A DNA stretch of 44,573 bases from an archaeon. GTDB taxonomy: Archaea; Aenigmatarchaeota; Aenigmatarchaeia; GW2011-AR5. The stretch spans positions 1-44,573 of the forward strand of contig JACPVU010000018.1 in the NCBI GenBank assembly GCA_016191585.1, written 5' to 3'. Position numbers and translations under genes: made by a program. Under the pieces are notes generated by a model. That model worked only from the letters and a program-made list of their open reading frames with translations, was not told the origin of the DNA and did not search any database. Shown here in pieces: positions 9,205 through 18,302 of this stretch (positions are counted from its first letter, which is position 1; each line of letters opens with the position of its first letter).

Positions 9205-9249
9205 CTTTATATAGTATTAATCACTAATAGATAGTAACAGATTGTAGGT
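9205..9249 (+). promoter_or_regulatory. promoter/leader module, copy 1 (TATA box CTTTATATA plus a conserved 35-nt leader)
   Basis: 'CTTTATATAGTATTAATCACTAATAGATAGTAACA' is identical to 13996-14030. The next 10 nt differ at 2 positions. It ends at a GGTG SD-like motif just before the ATG at 9256. Confidence 0.65.
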
Positions 9250-9522
9250 GTGTGTATGAATAAAGATGGTTATGTAGGCCCGTGGAAAATAAATCCAGGT
9301 GATAAAGTGATAACAATCGGTAATCAAACAATTCTGAGAAGAGAACCTACACATAATTATAATCCTGTAAACCCTGTATCTCCGTCTTCAAAAAGTTATA
9401 AAGGATGCAAGCATTTTATTGACGGTGAAAATTCTCTTGGCATAAAAATAGAACTGTCAGAAGATGAAATGGAAGAATATGGATTGTCTGTTAAAGACAG
9501 GCTTACCGGGAGGCGCTTATAA
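9250..9522 (+). CDS. hypothetical small protein
   Basis: 90-aa ORF. An AGGTG SD-like motif lies 6 nt before the ATG at 9256. The stop overlaps the next start (ATAATG). Confidence 0.45.
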   Translation: MCMNKDGYVGPWKINPGDKVITIGNQTILRREPTHNYNPVNPVSPSSKSYKGCKHFIDGENSLGIKIELSEDEMEEYGLSVKDRLTGRRL

Positions 9523-9914
9523 TGTCGGGTCCAATGGATCATATGACAAGCCCATTGAATGATGAACTTCACGAATCCAACAGAATAGATAAAAGAAAAA
9601 AGAGAAATGGCTTAATAGGAAAAACTGTAACTTACGTCGGGCTGACTGCTCTTGGAATAAGTGCTTTGTATTCTATATACAAAAACTTACCTGAAACCCG
9701 CATTAAAGACTATGAAGGAGAATGGGTTCCTGTTGTAACGAAATACGACGACCGCATATGGAATATAGCAAGGGACCGCGGCGCCGGAGAATACATTTCT
9801 TCGTGGTGCGACAAAATAATCGAGAAAAACAAGGAAAGAGACTTCCTGTTCAATCCAACATATATTCAGATAGGCGACACAATCTGGATACCGAAAGATA
9901 TGACAATAAAATAA
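9522..9914 (+). CDS. membrane-anchored protein with a C-terminal LysM-like domain
   Basis: One TM helix (VTYVGLTALGISALYSIY). The C-terminal 'YDDRIWNIARDRG...IQIGDTIWIPKD' matches the LysM pattern (GDT.W.IA ... G..I.IP). Confidence 0.55.
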   Translation: MSGPMDHMTSPLNDELHESNRIDKRKKRNGLIGKTVTYVGLTALGISALYSIYKNLPETRIKDYEGEWVPVVTKYDDRIWNIARDRGAGEYISSWCDKIIEKNKERDFLFNPTYIQIGDTIWIPKDMTIK

Positions 9915-9918
9915 GGAG

Positions 9919-10116
9919 ATGGTGATAATGGAAGAAATAAACATAGGAAAAGTTTTTACAAAGAATGAACTGATGAAGATAGGATTCGAATATACTGGGC
10001 AGAATTTTTCAAATTACCCGATATACAAACTCGACGGATCGATATACCTGATGAAACCCGTTGCTGGTGACGATAATAAACTCGAAGTTTATCTTAAAGA
10101 AACAAAGACAGCATAA
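9919..10116 (+). CDS. hypothetical small protein
   Basis: 65-aa ORF preceded by AAGGAG/GGTGA SD-like motifs. Confidence 0.35.
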   Translation: MVIMEEINIGKVFTKNELMKIGFEYTGQNFSNYPIYKLDGSIYLMKPVAGDDNKLEVYLKETKTA

Positions 10117-10146
10117 TTCAATCTATCAGATTTCTTTTTAGAATTT

Positions 10147-10518
10147 CTAGAACGGGATCATGGTCGCCAGTATGCCAGGGACTCCTGCAAACATGAGTAT
10201 TATCCACACAATGAATGCGACAGCTGCGGCTATCAGTTTCTTCTTGTGACCGCCTTTGAGCAGGAACTGTCCCAGGACGATCCAAATTATCAGAGGTATT
10301 ATGTAGCCTGAGAACTCAAAGGAAATTCCTGACGCAGCCAGAATAATAGGCACGGCAAGATATGCAATGATTGCCATTATGAAGCTCTTTTTAAATGACA
10401 TCTCGTGTGCCAGGAACTTGTCTGCGAGTGCCAGAACTATTGTTATAATCACTACGTTTATGAGAAGTCCGATTATGCCGCCAAGTGAGAGCGGAATAAT
10501 GCCTGTTATGTCAACCAT
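10147..10518 (-). CDS. 4-TM membrane protein, unknown function
   Basis: 123 aa and almost entirely hydrophobic helices. Confidence 0.55.
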   Translation of the reverse strand: MVDITGIIPLSLGGIIGLLINVVIITIVLALADKFLAHEMSFKKSFIMAIIAYLAVPIILAASGISFEFSGYIIPLIIWIVLGQFLLKGGHKKKLIAAAVAFIVWIILMFAGVPGILATMIPF

Positions 10519-10575
10519 GATAATTTATTGTGGACGGGCGTATATAAAATTGACTAGTCAAAATTGCTAGTTGTT

Positions 10576-12429
10576 TTACATCATTTCCCTGAGCATCTTT
10601 GCGACCTTCTGACCGTCGATACGGCCGCGGACCTTCTGCATAATCATGCCCATAAGAACCGATTCTTTCTTGTCTTTGTTATTTTTGATTGTGTCAGATA
10701 TGATTTTTTTGAGCTCGGTGTCTGTGACGATTTTGTATTTTTCTATTGATTCTTCAATGCTTTTGCCTGTAAGGTGTTCGACAAGAATGTAAAGTATCGA
10801 ATCTGCAGGGACTTCGCCTTTGTTCAGAGCGTCCAGAATTGAGACGTAAACCCGTCTGTCTACTTTCTGTTCGAGTTTGAATCTTGTTTTGAGTTCCTTT
10901 GGCATCTCGATGATCATCCTGGCAATGACAGAAAATTCTATTTTTGGGTATAGTTTTGACAGCGAATCTATCATCGGTATCTCATCGCCACGCAGATGTT
11001 TGTAAGAAGCAAATGCCTCTGCCAGCGCCCTGCTCATGCCCTGCCCGATATACTCCTTTATTTTTTCCTCCCTTCTCTCCATCAGCGTCTTTGGAACTTC
11101 TATCAGTGAAATAAATTTCTTTTCTAATGCAACAGGCGGCACGTCTGACTCCGGGTACAGTCGTCCGGATCCAGGCAATGGTCTTGTATATTTAGATCCT
11201 TCGCCGTCTGCTGTGCGCGTCTCCTTTGGGACACCGATAATGCAGTGGTTTGCCCTTTTCACTATCAGGCTGAGGGCATTGCTTATCTGATTTTCACTGT
11301 ATCCGGCTGTTATAAGTATGAGGTCTTCTGTTCCTGCTGATAGTTCTTCGCGCAGCTTTCTGAACTCAAATTCCAGTCCGTATTTGGCGACGTCCTCGTC
11401 TGTGTGAATTATTCCTAACCCATAAGCTTCTGCGTAAGCCGACAGTTCTCTGCCAAACGTGCGGTCGCCGCAGGGTCTTTTCAAAAGACTAGAAAATTTG
11501 TCAAGCTTTACTGCGTATACAAATCCTTTGTTGTCTATGATTTTCCTGATAAAATTCGATTTTGTATCATTGAATATTTTTGTCACATTTTTGGCATCGA
11601 TTTTTATATCTTTGAACCCGCGCTTCCCGAGCTCGTTCTTTATTTCTATAAGCACTATCTGCCTGTTCACTTCGTTTATCACAACGCCGGGTATTTTTTC
11701 AAGTTCCTGAAAACCTTTTATCTCGACGCGCTCGCCTTGCTCGATGGAAATATTTATGTCCTGTCTTATGCTTCCTATTCCGCGGACTACGTCAGTACTT
11801 CTCAACAATAATCCGATGTGTTCTGCAACCTGCTTTGCCATGTCCGGAGAATTGATCGAGGAGTCGGTTGCAATCTCCACCAATGGAATGCCCAATCTGT
11901 CAAGCCTGTATTCGATAACGTCGTGTTCTCTTGATATAGGAGTTGCTGCGTCCTCCTCGAGCATGACTGTCTGGATGCAAACTTTTCCGAAATCTCCTTC
12001 TACGCAGCCGCTGCTGCCTACAAGAGCTGTTCTTTGGAAGCCTGACACAGCTGAACCGTCGACAACGGTTTTTCGCATGAAGTGAATCTCGTTCACGATA
12101 TCGCAATTAAGGAGCTTGCACATCTGGATCGATGTTTTTACAGCGTTTTCATTTACAGGTTTTGGCGGGTCATCGTCTATTTCAACCAGGCAAGAAGACT
12201 CAGAATTTGTTTTATAAATAAAAGTCTTGTTTTTCAGGTATTCCTGCAGCGCAGCAGGGTCTGTATCACCTAATTCACCTGGAACAGCCCTTAATTTTCT
12301 TCTTACTTCTATCGGAAACTCTTCGCTGCGCATTATCGGACATCTACAGAAAAGTTTTGATCCGCTGTTTAACTGCTGGTGAATTTCCAGGCCGACGCGA
12401 AGTCCAAGTTTTTTGTAATCCATATACAT
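10576..12429 (-). CDS. gatE: Glu-tRNA(Gln) amidotransferase subunit E
   Basis: 617 aa. N-terminus 'GLRVGLEIHQQLNSGSKLFCRCP' and a GatB/YqeY-like C-terminal tail. It follows gatD on the same strand. Confidence 0.95.
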   Translation of the reverse strand: MYMDYKKLGLRVGLEIHQQLNSGSKLFCRCPIMRSEEFPIEVRRKLRAVPGELGDTDPAALQEYLKNKTFIYKTNSESSCLVEIDDDPPKPVNENAVKTSIQMCKLLNCDIVNEIHFMRKTVVDGSAVSGFQRTALVGSSGCVEGDFGKVCIQTVMLEEDAATPISREHDVIEYRLDRLGIPLVEIATDSSINSPDMAKQVAEHIGLLLRSTDVVRGIGSIRQDINISIEQGERVEIKGFQELEKIPGVVINEVNRQIVLIEIKNELGKRGFKDIKIDAKNVTKIFNDTKSNFIRKIIDNKGFVYAVKLDKFSSLLKRPCGDRTFGRELSAYAEAYGLGIIHTDEDVAKYGLEFEFRKLREELSAGTEDLILITAGYSENQISNALSLIVKRANHCIIGVPKETRTADGEGSKYTRPLPGSGRLYPESDVPPVALEKKFISLIEVPKTLMERREEKIKEYIGQGMSRALAEAFASYKHLRGDEIPMIDSLSKLYPKIEFSVIARMIIEMPKELKTRFKLEQKVDRRVYVSILDALNKGEVPADSILYILVEHLTGKSIEESIEKYKIVTDTELKKIISDTIKNNKDKKESVLMGMIMQKVRGRIDGQKVAKMLREMM

Positions 12430-12504
12430 CCCTTTCTTGTAAGAAAGGTCTGTATCAACCCCAAAGAACGGAAGTTCTTCCAGACCTTATCTTCAATTAT
12501 TATT
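12430..12504. repeat. dispersed structured intergenic repeat, copy 2 (gatD-gatE spacer)
   Basis: 'CCCTTTCTTGTAAGAAAGGTCTGTATCAACCCCAAAGAAC...CTTCAATTATTATT' aligns with 15215-15295. Internal hairpins are CCTTTCTT/AAGAAAGG and AAGGTCTG/CAGACCTT. Confidence 0.8.
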
Positions 12505-12520
12505 CTAATGAATTCGTTAA

Positions 12521-13870
12521 TTATTCATATGCCTGAATATCGACATGATCAAGAATCTCTCCTGCAACGTTCGTGAGCAGGATCTTTTTTGCGTCCTCGC
12601 TGTTCTTTGTGTGGCCGAGCGCCCATCCCATTTTAATCAGTGCTGTATCGGGTGTCATTCTCAATTCAAGGATGCCTATGTCTTTTAGCAGGCGCAGATT
12701 GGTGTAAACATTCAGGTTGACCTTTCCATAAGGGCACTGGGATGCCATGCCTATCAGGATTCCCTTCTTGACAAGCCTTGCTAGCGTGTCGTACAAAAGT
12801 TTGTGGTGTTTTGTATAATCGTCCATGTCTCTTATCGGCAGATGGCCGAGGCCCGTCCCTTCAAGAACTATGCCGCGCATGCCCTGCTGCTCGTAGAATT
12901 CAAGGACCTTGTAGTTGAAGCATGTATGAGACTTGATGAGCGCAATGTTTCTGTCGAACCTGTCAACGATATGGGGCTTTCTTTTCTTGTCCTTCTTTGT
13001 GTAATCGCTGCGCAAAAATTCTACTGTACCGTCGGGTTCGACTTTTGCATACGGCAAGACGTCTATAGACTTGAATGCATCCCTCCTAGACGTGTGCATT
13101 TTTCTGACTTGTGTGCCTTGATGAATAAAACAGAATTTGTCTTCTGTGGAACCGTGCATGCATACTGCAACGCCGCCGAAGTCTGATTTTGCGATGAATT
13201 GAGCTGCGCACAGCAGGTTCATTGCCGCGTCGCTGCTGCCCCTGTCTGACGAACGTTGAGACCCTACAATCAATATAGGAACAGGCGAGTTCTGCACCAT
13301 CAATGAAAGTGCTGCTGACGTGCAGTGCATCGTGTCTGTACCGTGGGTGATGATTATTCCGTCTACGCCCGTGCTAATTTCGTCGTCGATTTTCTTTGCA
13401 AGCGTCATCCAGTGGTACGGTTCCATGTCCTCGGACATCATCTGAAAAACCTGGCGGAGTTTAAGGTTTGCAATATCTTTCAGTTCCGGTATGGCAGAAA
13501 TAATTTCTTCTGCTGTCTCAAGTCCCGTGACTCCGCCTGTGCTGTAATCTATCCTGCTCGCTATTGTTCCGCCTGTCGAAAGTATGGTAATTGTCGGCTT
13601 GCTTGGGTCGGGCTTGTATTTTTCCGTCTTGACAGGTTTTGGTTTCTTTTCATCATTTCCCTTTGATTTCTTGATCTTCGTATTTTTGTCGAAATCTATT
13701 CCTGTGTTATACCCGTTTTCGAGCTTGACTATCAATGAGTTTGGAGATCCCTGGCTTTTTGGCATCAGCATGCCGGAAATTTTTTGCTCATTTTTTTCAA
13801 TAATAACATAGTCGCTGATTTTGATGCCTTTCTTCTTCAGTTCGCCGAGAATTTCTTTTGAGTAGTCCAT
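12521..13870 (-). CDS. gatD: Glu-tRNA(Gln) amidotransferase subunit D (asparaginase-like)
   Basis: 449 aa. 'ILSTGGTIAS' and 'ITHGTDTM' are asparaginase motifs, and the N-terminal extension is typical of GatD. Confidence 0.95.
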   Translation of the reverse strand: MDYSKEILGELKKKGIKISDYVIIEKNEQKISGMLMPKSQGSPNSLIVKLENGYNTGIDFDKNTKIKKSKGNDEKKPKPVKTEKYKPDPSKPTITILSTGGTIASRIDYSTGGVTGLETAEEIISAIPELKDIANLKLRQVFQMMSEDMEPYHWMTLAKKIDDEISTGVDGIIITHGTDTMHCTSAALSLMVQNSPVPILIVGSQRSSDRGSSDAAMNLLCAAQFIAKSDFGGVAVCMHGSTEDKFCFIHQGTQVRKMHTSRRDAFKSIDVLPYAKVEPDGTVEFLRSDYTKKDKKRKPHIVDRFDRNIALIKSHTCFNYKVLEFYEQQGMRGIVLEGTGLGHLPIRDMDDYTKHHKLLYDTLARLVKKGILIGMASQCPYGKVNLNVYTNLRLLKDIGILELRMTPDTALIKMGWALGHTKNSEDAKKILLTNVAGEILDHVDIQAYE

Positions 13871-13995
13871 AATTGTTATTTGTAGCGAGCATTTTTATAA
13901 GCGATTTTATTTTCTTTATAAGCTTTTGATTTGGTATCAGTTTGATATAATTGTTGAACAGCTGATTCTGTGCTTTCTGCGTCGCTGAAATAAAT

Positions 13996-14040
13996 CTTTA
14001 TATAGTATTAATCACTAATAGATAGTAACAAATTGTGGGT
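13996..14040 (+). promoter_or_regulatory. promoter/leader module, copy 2
   Basis: 35 nt identical to 9205-9239, then 8 of 10 nt identical. It lies upstream of the ATG at 14048. Confidence 0.65.
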
Positions 14041-14533
14041 ATGCGTCATGAAACTAAGAGAATATCTGGACTCGGTAAAAGAATGCTCAGATAAGGAACT
14101 AGGTAATGAATATGGTATCTACGATAATTTTTCAATTCTTCTGAATGCGAATTTTGAAACTGTAATAAATGACCTGGAGAATTTCGGAAATTACAAATTA
14201 TATCTTGCCGAAGGTGTCACGCCTCCTGGAAAAATTCTCAATCTCAATTATTTGCCTGGGGTTGTCAATCTAAGGATTCTTAATTGGGTAATGCCAGGAT
14301 CTGGCCTATGTATTGAAGGTATTGAAGAAAAAAATTATAACATGACAATTAATCTGCACTCTTATCAGGATAGAAAAATTGATAATACATCAGACTCAAG
14401 GGCTATAGCAATGGTAGTTGGAGATGTGGGTGAGTATATTCTAAAAAATAACATAACTGCATGTTTTCCAAAGTCAAGGGGCGACAAACATCATAAACCT
14501 GCGGATTATACAAGAATTGTTTTTAACCCATAA
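14033..14533 (+). CDS. hypothetical protein
   Basis: 166-aa ORF with no recognisable motif. The likely start is the ATG at 14048. Confidence 0.45.
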   Translation: MWVCVMKLREYLDSVKECSDKELGNEYGIYDNFSILLNANFETVINDLENFGNYKLYLAEGVTPPGKILNLNYLPGVVNLRILNWVMPGSGLCIEGIEEKNYNMTINLHSYQDRKIDNTSDSRAIAMVVGDVGEYILKNNITACFPKSRGDKHHKPADYTRIVFNP

Positions 14534-14542
14534 TCACGGTTT

Positions 14543-14983
14543 TTATCCGTATATTTCTACTGTTACTTCCTGTATATCCTTGAACCCTCTGTCGCCTGTG
14601 ACGAATTTCTTGCAGCCTGAATTCAGGGCCGTTGCGATATGCACGCAGTCAAAATACGTAAACCTTTTTGTCAGTTTCATCCTTCGGTATTTTGCCCGCA
14701 GCAGCCCTGCTGTTGTTGCTATTTCGTCGCTGACAGGAACGAATTCTATGTTCGGCAGCGACTGTATGTAAAAAAGAATTTCCTCTGTTTTTTCCCTGCT
14801 CTTTCTTTTCCTCAGATGAAAAGACAGTTCAGTAAAAAGTACTACTGAGACAACCGCACCGATTTTTTCGGCTTCTTTTACATAGTTGTACGCTTTTTCT
14901 GACATTGCTGCGTCGCCTGACAGGATATCCATGAAAACAAAAGTGTCAAGATATATTCTGCCTTTCTCGTCTTTCAGCGTCAA
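14543..14983 (-). CDS. vapC: PIN-domain ribonuclease toxin VapC
   Basis: Acidic quartet in the expected context: 'IYLDTFVF', 'FTELSF', 'YFDCVHIATA' and 'VTGDRGF'. It lies immediately downstream of an AbrB-type antitoxin gene. Confidence 0.85.
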   Translation of the reverse strand: MTLKDEKGRIYLDTFVFMDILSGDAAMSEKAYNYVKEAEKIGAVVSVVLFTELSFHLRKRKSREKTEEILFYIQSLPNIEFVPVSDEIATTAGLLRAKYRRMKLTKRFTYFDCVHIATALNSGCKKFVTGDRGFKDIQEVTVEIYG

Positions 14984-14992
14984 CCACCTTCA

Positions 14993-15208
14993 CTATTCCT
15001 CCTTTATTTCTCGACGGATGTTTTTCATTGCAATGTCGTGTCCTGACTTTACAAGGGCATCGCCGGGATTGTCGGGCTTTTTCATTATCATGATCTTGTC
15101 GTCTATCTTCGTTATCAGCACCGTTGTCCCGTCCCTGAAGCCGGCAGCGTCGCGCAGGTACTTTGGTATGACAACCTGACCCTTTGAAGATATTTTTGCT
15201 TCTTCCAT
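14993..15208 (-). CDS. vapB: AbrB/SpoVT-family antitoxin VapB
   Basis: 'SSKGQVVIPKYLRDAAGFRDGTTVLI' is the swapped-hairpin AbrB motif. 71 aa. Confidence 0.85.
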   Translation of the reverse strand: MEEAKISSKGQVVIPKYLRDAAGFRDGTTVLITKIDDKIMIMKKPDNPGDALVKSGHDIAMKNIRREIKEE

Positions 15209-15214
15209 AATACT

Positions 15215-15380
15215 TCCCTTTTCTTGAAAGAAAAGGTCTGTATCAACCCTAAAAGAACACCGGATCTTGCAAACCTCGTCTTCAATATTATTTTCATTCT
15301 TTTTCTTTCTTGATCAATCTTCTTTCAACCGATTGAAGTTGCGTCGCAACTTCTGTCTGTCCAGAAGATTGTAGGGGTGT
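15215..15380. repeat. dispersed structured intergenic repeat, copy 3 (modules Y-X-hairpin-Y')
   Basis: It shares 'AAAGGTCTGTATCAACCCTAAAAGAAC' and 'CTTGATCAATCTTCTTTC...AGAAGATTGTAGGGG' with the copies at 4771-4896 and 12430-12504. The perfect nested palindrome GAAGTTGCG/CGCAACTTC lies inside CAATCTTCT/AGAAGATTG. Confidence 0.8.
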
Positions 15381-15423
15381 GGCAGTGGCCTGATATGAAA
15401 AGAATTACTGTACACAGGCCACT

Positions 15424-15512
15424 ATCTTACTTTTTTATTGATTTTCTTACTTTATAAAGATTTTTCTTACATAAAGCCTGATAAGTAGGAAATATACTAC
15501 AGGATTTCTTAC
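15424..15512. repeat. phased short repeats (A/T)TCTTAC with about 20-21-nt spacing
   Basis: Copies end at 15430, 15450, 15470 and 15512. An imperfect inverted copy, GTAGGAA, is at 15485-15491. The two central copies extend to 'TTTTCTTAC(TT)ATAAAG'. Confidence 0.7.
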
Positions 15513-15696
15513 GTTTGTTCTATACATTTAACATATTTCCATATTTTACCAGTAGTGAATCCTATTTCCAGCCGTATCAAAATGCTTATATTCAATGCAG
15601 CGCCTAGTTACATTATCCGTTACAGCGGTGAATCCACAATGAACAGGAAAAGGGAGATTGAAAGAATGAAAACTGGACAGTCAGTCGGGGATTATT

Positions 15697-16134
15697 ATGA
15701 ACTACAGAGATCAAGTAAAAAGTTATGTTTCTCAAATGCAGAGAGACTTTGGGCAGTATGTCCCGAAAGACTTTCCCCTGCAGTTCTTCGATTCAAACGT
15801 CACTAACGAGACTCTATATTCTATGGCCATGAATCTTTACACGATGGTCAAGACGGCAAAAGACAACCAAAAACCAGTGCACAGCGAGCCGGATCCAGGG
15901 AAAAAGATGTTCTACTTAGTCCCGCACACTGAAAAAGACGGCAGCGTTTATTACATGGACAGGTTCACGAGCAAGGTTGTCATGTCCATGGTAAGGCAGC
16001 CTAACGGCTTGTTCAGCTACTATGGGCCGAGAGAAATGATGACGATGTTCGGAGGACGAGGAGAGCTAGGGCAGATGCTCAAGAACGTGGAGGACGAAGA
16101 CTTCTTCCACGACAAGCCTTCAGGAAAGAGATAA
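15697..16134 (+). CDS. hypothetical protein
   Basis: 145-aa ORF followed by a long oligo-T tract. No recognisable motif. Confidence 0.5.
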   Translation: MNYRDQVKSYVSQMQRDFGQYVPKDFPLQFFDSNVTNETLYSMAMNLYTMVKTAKDNQKPVHSEPDPGKKMFYLVPHTEKDGSVYYMDRFTSKVVMSMVRQPNGLFSYYGPREMMTMFGGRGELGQMLKNVEDEDFFHDKPSGKR

Positions 16135-16170
16135 TTTTTTTATTTTTTTTCCTCTTTTTATGTTTTTTTC
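16135..16170 (+). terminator. oligo-T archaeal-type terminator
   Basis: 'TTTTTTTTATTTTTTTTTCCTCTTTTTATGTTTTTTTC' starts directly after the TAA at 16132-16134. Confidence 0.5.
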
Positions 16171-16225
16171 TGCGTTTAGCATGTGACCTTATCACTATGC
16201 CATATATATACCACTACTAAGTGAC

Positions 16226-16238
16226 AAATCTTTATATA
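16226..16238 (+). promoter_or_regulatory. TATA box/BRE (AAATCTTTATATA)
   Basis: It lies about 35 nt upstream of the ATG at 16272. The same AATCTTTATATA core occurs at 13993 and 40386. Confidence 0.5.
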
Positions 16239-16262
16239 CCGGTCTGACCATATATATAGTAG

Positions 16263-16949
16263 GTGTTAAACATGAAAAAGTTCGTGGAAGACTTTTTTGA
16301 ACGTATAAGCCCAAAAGATACACCTATAATACCAAAAAAGGGCGAATACCCAGGAAGAGTAATAGCAACCAAGGAAGATGCAGAGCATGGCGTCAACGCA
16401 AAAATAGACATCACAGAACCTGTGGCATGGGTATATAGAATTCTTGGATACGATCTCGAAGAAACTAAGGATGGATATGTAATCAAGGGAAAATCAGGAA
16501 ACGTAGGAACATCTAAATATAAGGAACTAAAACCGCCAGTTTCTCCAGCTAATTTCGGCAATACATATGTTATCGGTACGGACGGCGCAAGCATGCACGA
16601 CTATAACTCGGTTATGAAGAAATACAAGAATCTCACATTTGAAAATCTCCTGAGAGACGTTCTGAAGAAGTATAATATTTCATTCGAATCTGAAAAAGAC
16701 ATGATCAATAAATACGGGTCAATCGGATTTGAGTACAAGAACGACAAGGAAGACGTCATAAAAATGGCTTATGACATACCAGTAGAAAAGAAGATAGACG
16801 TGCTTGCCCATGAAGCGTCTGCAAAAGAACTGCTTGGCGAAAACAGAACAGATGGTGACCACGATGCGCGCCACAATGAGATAATAGAATACGCCGAAGT
16901 TATCAAGGAAACGTACCTCAGGAAAGCCTTGGAAGCATTGAGAAACTAA
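16263..16949 (+). CDS. hypothetical protein
   Basis: 228-aa ORF. An AGGTG SD-like motif lies 7 nt before the ATG at 16272. No recognisable motif. Confidence 0.55.
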   Translation: MLNMKKFVEDFFERISPKDTPIIPKKGEYPGRVIATKEDAEHGVNAKIDITEPVAWVYRILGYDLEETKDGYVIKGKSGNVGTSKYKELKPPVSPANFGNTYVIGTDGASMHDYNSVMKKYKNLTFENLLRDVLKKYNISFESEKDMINKYGSIGFEYKNDKEDVIKMAYDIPVEKKIDVLAHEASAKELLGENRTDGDHDARHNEIIEYAEVIKETYLRKALEALRN

Positions 16950-17068
16950 AATCCTGACTTTTTCTATACATTTTTTGGGATCGTAGTCTTTGACTGCAAT
17001 ACATGATTTTGCAGGAATGTTTAATAGAAACATCGGCGTGAGAAGCATTATCTTTTTATTCAGCCTGC

Positions 17069-17728
17069 GTGCATAGTTTATGCATGGTAGAAGAGATAGG
17101 GGCGCTCATATTCAGCCAGCTGCTGGGGATGGCACAGTATCCGGGCAGTCCGTTCACCGGCAATTTGTTCAGGGACATCATAATGTTCCTGATAGTCCCG
17201 ACGATATTCATAATTCTTGTTGTTTATTCAATGACAGGCCGTATAGTTACTGATCCAAAACTGAGGATGATGCTAGGTGTCGGAGCGTATTTGTTCATAG
17301 TCGCTGGCGGCTACTATTCGATGTTCGCGCTGCTCGCAGGACCGTACTTCCTGTTCCTTATAATATTCATGGGAATAATCTACTTCGCGTTCGGCCACTT
17401 CACCGGCAACAGGCCCAAAGTCGGTGGAGCAAGCGGAGGATTTTTGCCAAGTCATCCCAAACATGGTAATTATGAAGTAGATAAGGGGGGCAAACTCAAA
17501 TTTCTTCTTGGCATGCCCAACATGGACGCAGCTAATGTAAAACTTCTGAAGAATGATCTCGCAGGCGTAGAAGAAAGGATAGCAGCGCTTGAAAAAGCAA
17601 TAAAAGTTGCAGAAAAAGACCCTAGTAGAGGTGATCTCGGGAGAATGACAGAGACACAGGATAGGCTACTGAAGGAGCGCCAAGAGATCCTATTTAAATT
17701 GAGATACGGCAACTATTCTAGAAACTAA
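17069..17728 (+). CDS. 4-TM membrane protein with a C-terminal coiled coil (paralog family member A)
   Basis: The TM core resembles the next three membrane genes. The C-terminal 'LAGVEERIAALEKAIKVAEKD...LLKERQEILFKL' is heptad-like. The likely start is the ATG at 17084. Confidence 0.6.
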   Translation: MHSLCMVEEIGALIFSQLLGMAQYPGSPFTGNLFRDIIMFLIVPTIFIILVVYSMTGRIVTDPKLRMMLGVGAYLFIVAGGYYSMFALLAGPYFLFLIIFMGIIYFAFGHFTGNRPKVGGASGGFLPSHPKHGNYEVDKGGKLKFLLGMPNMDAANVKLLKNDLAGVEERIAALEKAIKVAEKDPSRGDLGRMTETQDRLLKERQEILFKLRYGNYSRN

Positions 17729-17743
17729 GGTATAGCGATAACT

Positions 17744-18226
17744 ATGACAATTGCATTCGTCGATCCGGCAGTGGTTCCGTACCTTTCCACATTCCTGCTA
17801 GTTTTTGCTACGGTTTTCGGACTTCTCACAATCGCGAACATAGGCAGTAACAAGGAAAAGGGGACACCTGGCATAGGAAAGAAAGTCAACGCGATGATAG
17901 CTCTTGCTGTTGCATTGTTTTCACTGACGTACGAGCCGCTTGTGGTGAACCTCAACACGTATATACCGTATGTCGTCATACTGCTGCTCGCCCTGTTTTT
18001 GATAGTCTTCGTCAAGAAGATCTTCGAGGGCAAGGAAGGGAAGGGACACGACACCCTGCCGATAGTCGCAGCCATAGCGATGCTGCTCATAGTAATGACT
18101 GTTGTTGGTGACAGATTCGCAGCACTGGCTCCGGAAGGGACAAACCCGGAGACGTTAATGTGGATCGCCGGGATCGTATTTGTAATATTGTTTTTCGCTG
18201 CAATCTACAAGCACTCGTCAAAGTAA
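17744..18226 (+). CDS. 4-TM membrane protein (paralog family member B)
   Basis: 160 aa. Same architecture as members C and D ('FLLVFATVFGLLT', 'AMIALAVALFSLTY'). Confidence 0.65.
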   Translation: MTIAFVDPAVVPYLSTFLLVFATVFGLLTIANIGSNKEKGTPGIGKKVNAMIALAVALFSLTYEPLVVNLNTYIPYVVILLLALFLIVFVKKIFEGKEGKGHDTLPIVAAIAMLLIVMTVVGDRFAALAPEGTNPETLMWIAGIVFVILFFAAIYKHSSK

Positions 18227-18302
18227 TCAGCAAAACGAGGACGGATAATTATATAAATACCGGAATGAAATAATAAAGTAAGCAAAAAATGGTGATAACA
18301 AG

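Noticed and set aside
15424-15512. A possible CRISPR array, or elsewhere in the hairpin-rich intergenic regions.
   Set aside because: The repeats are only 7-9 nt with about 20-nt periodicity, and there are at most five copies. There are no repeats of 24 nt or more with unique spacers of similar length, and no cas genes.
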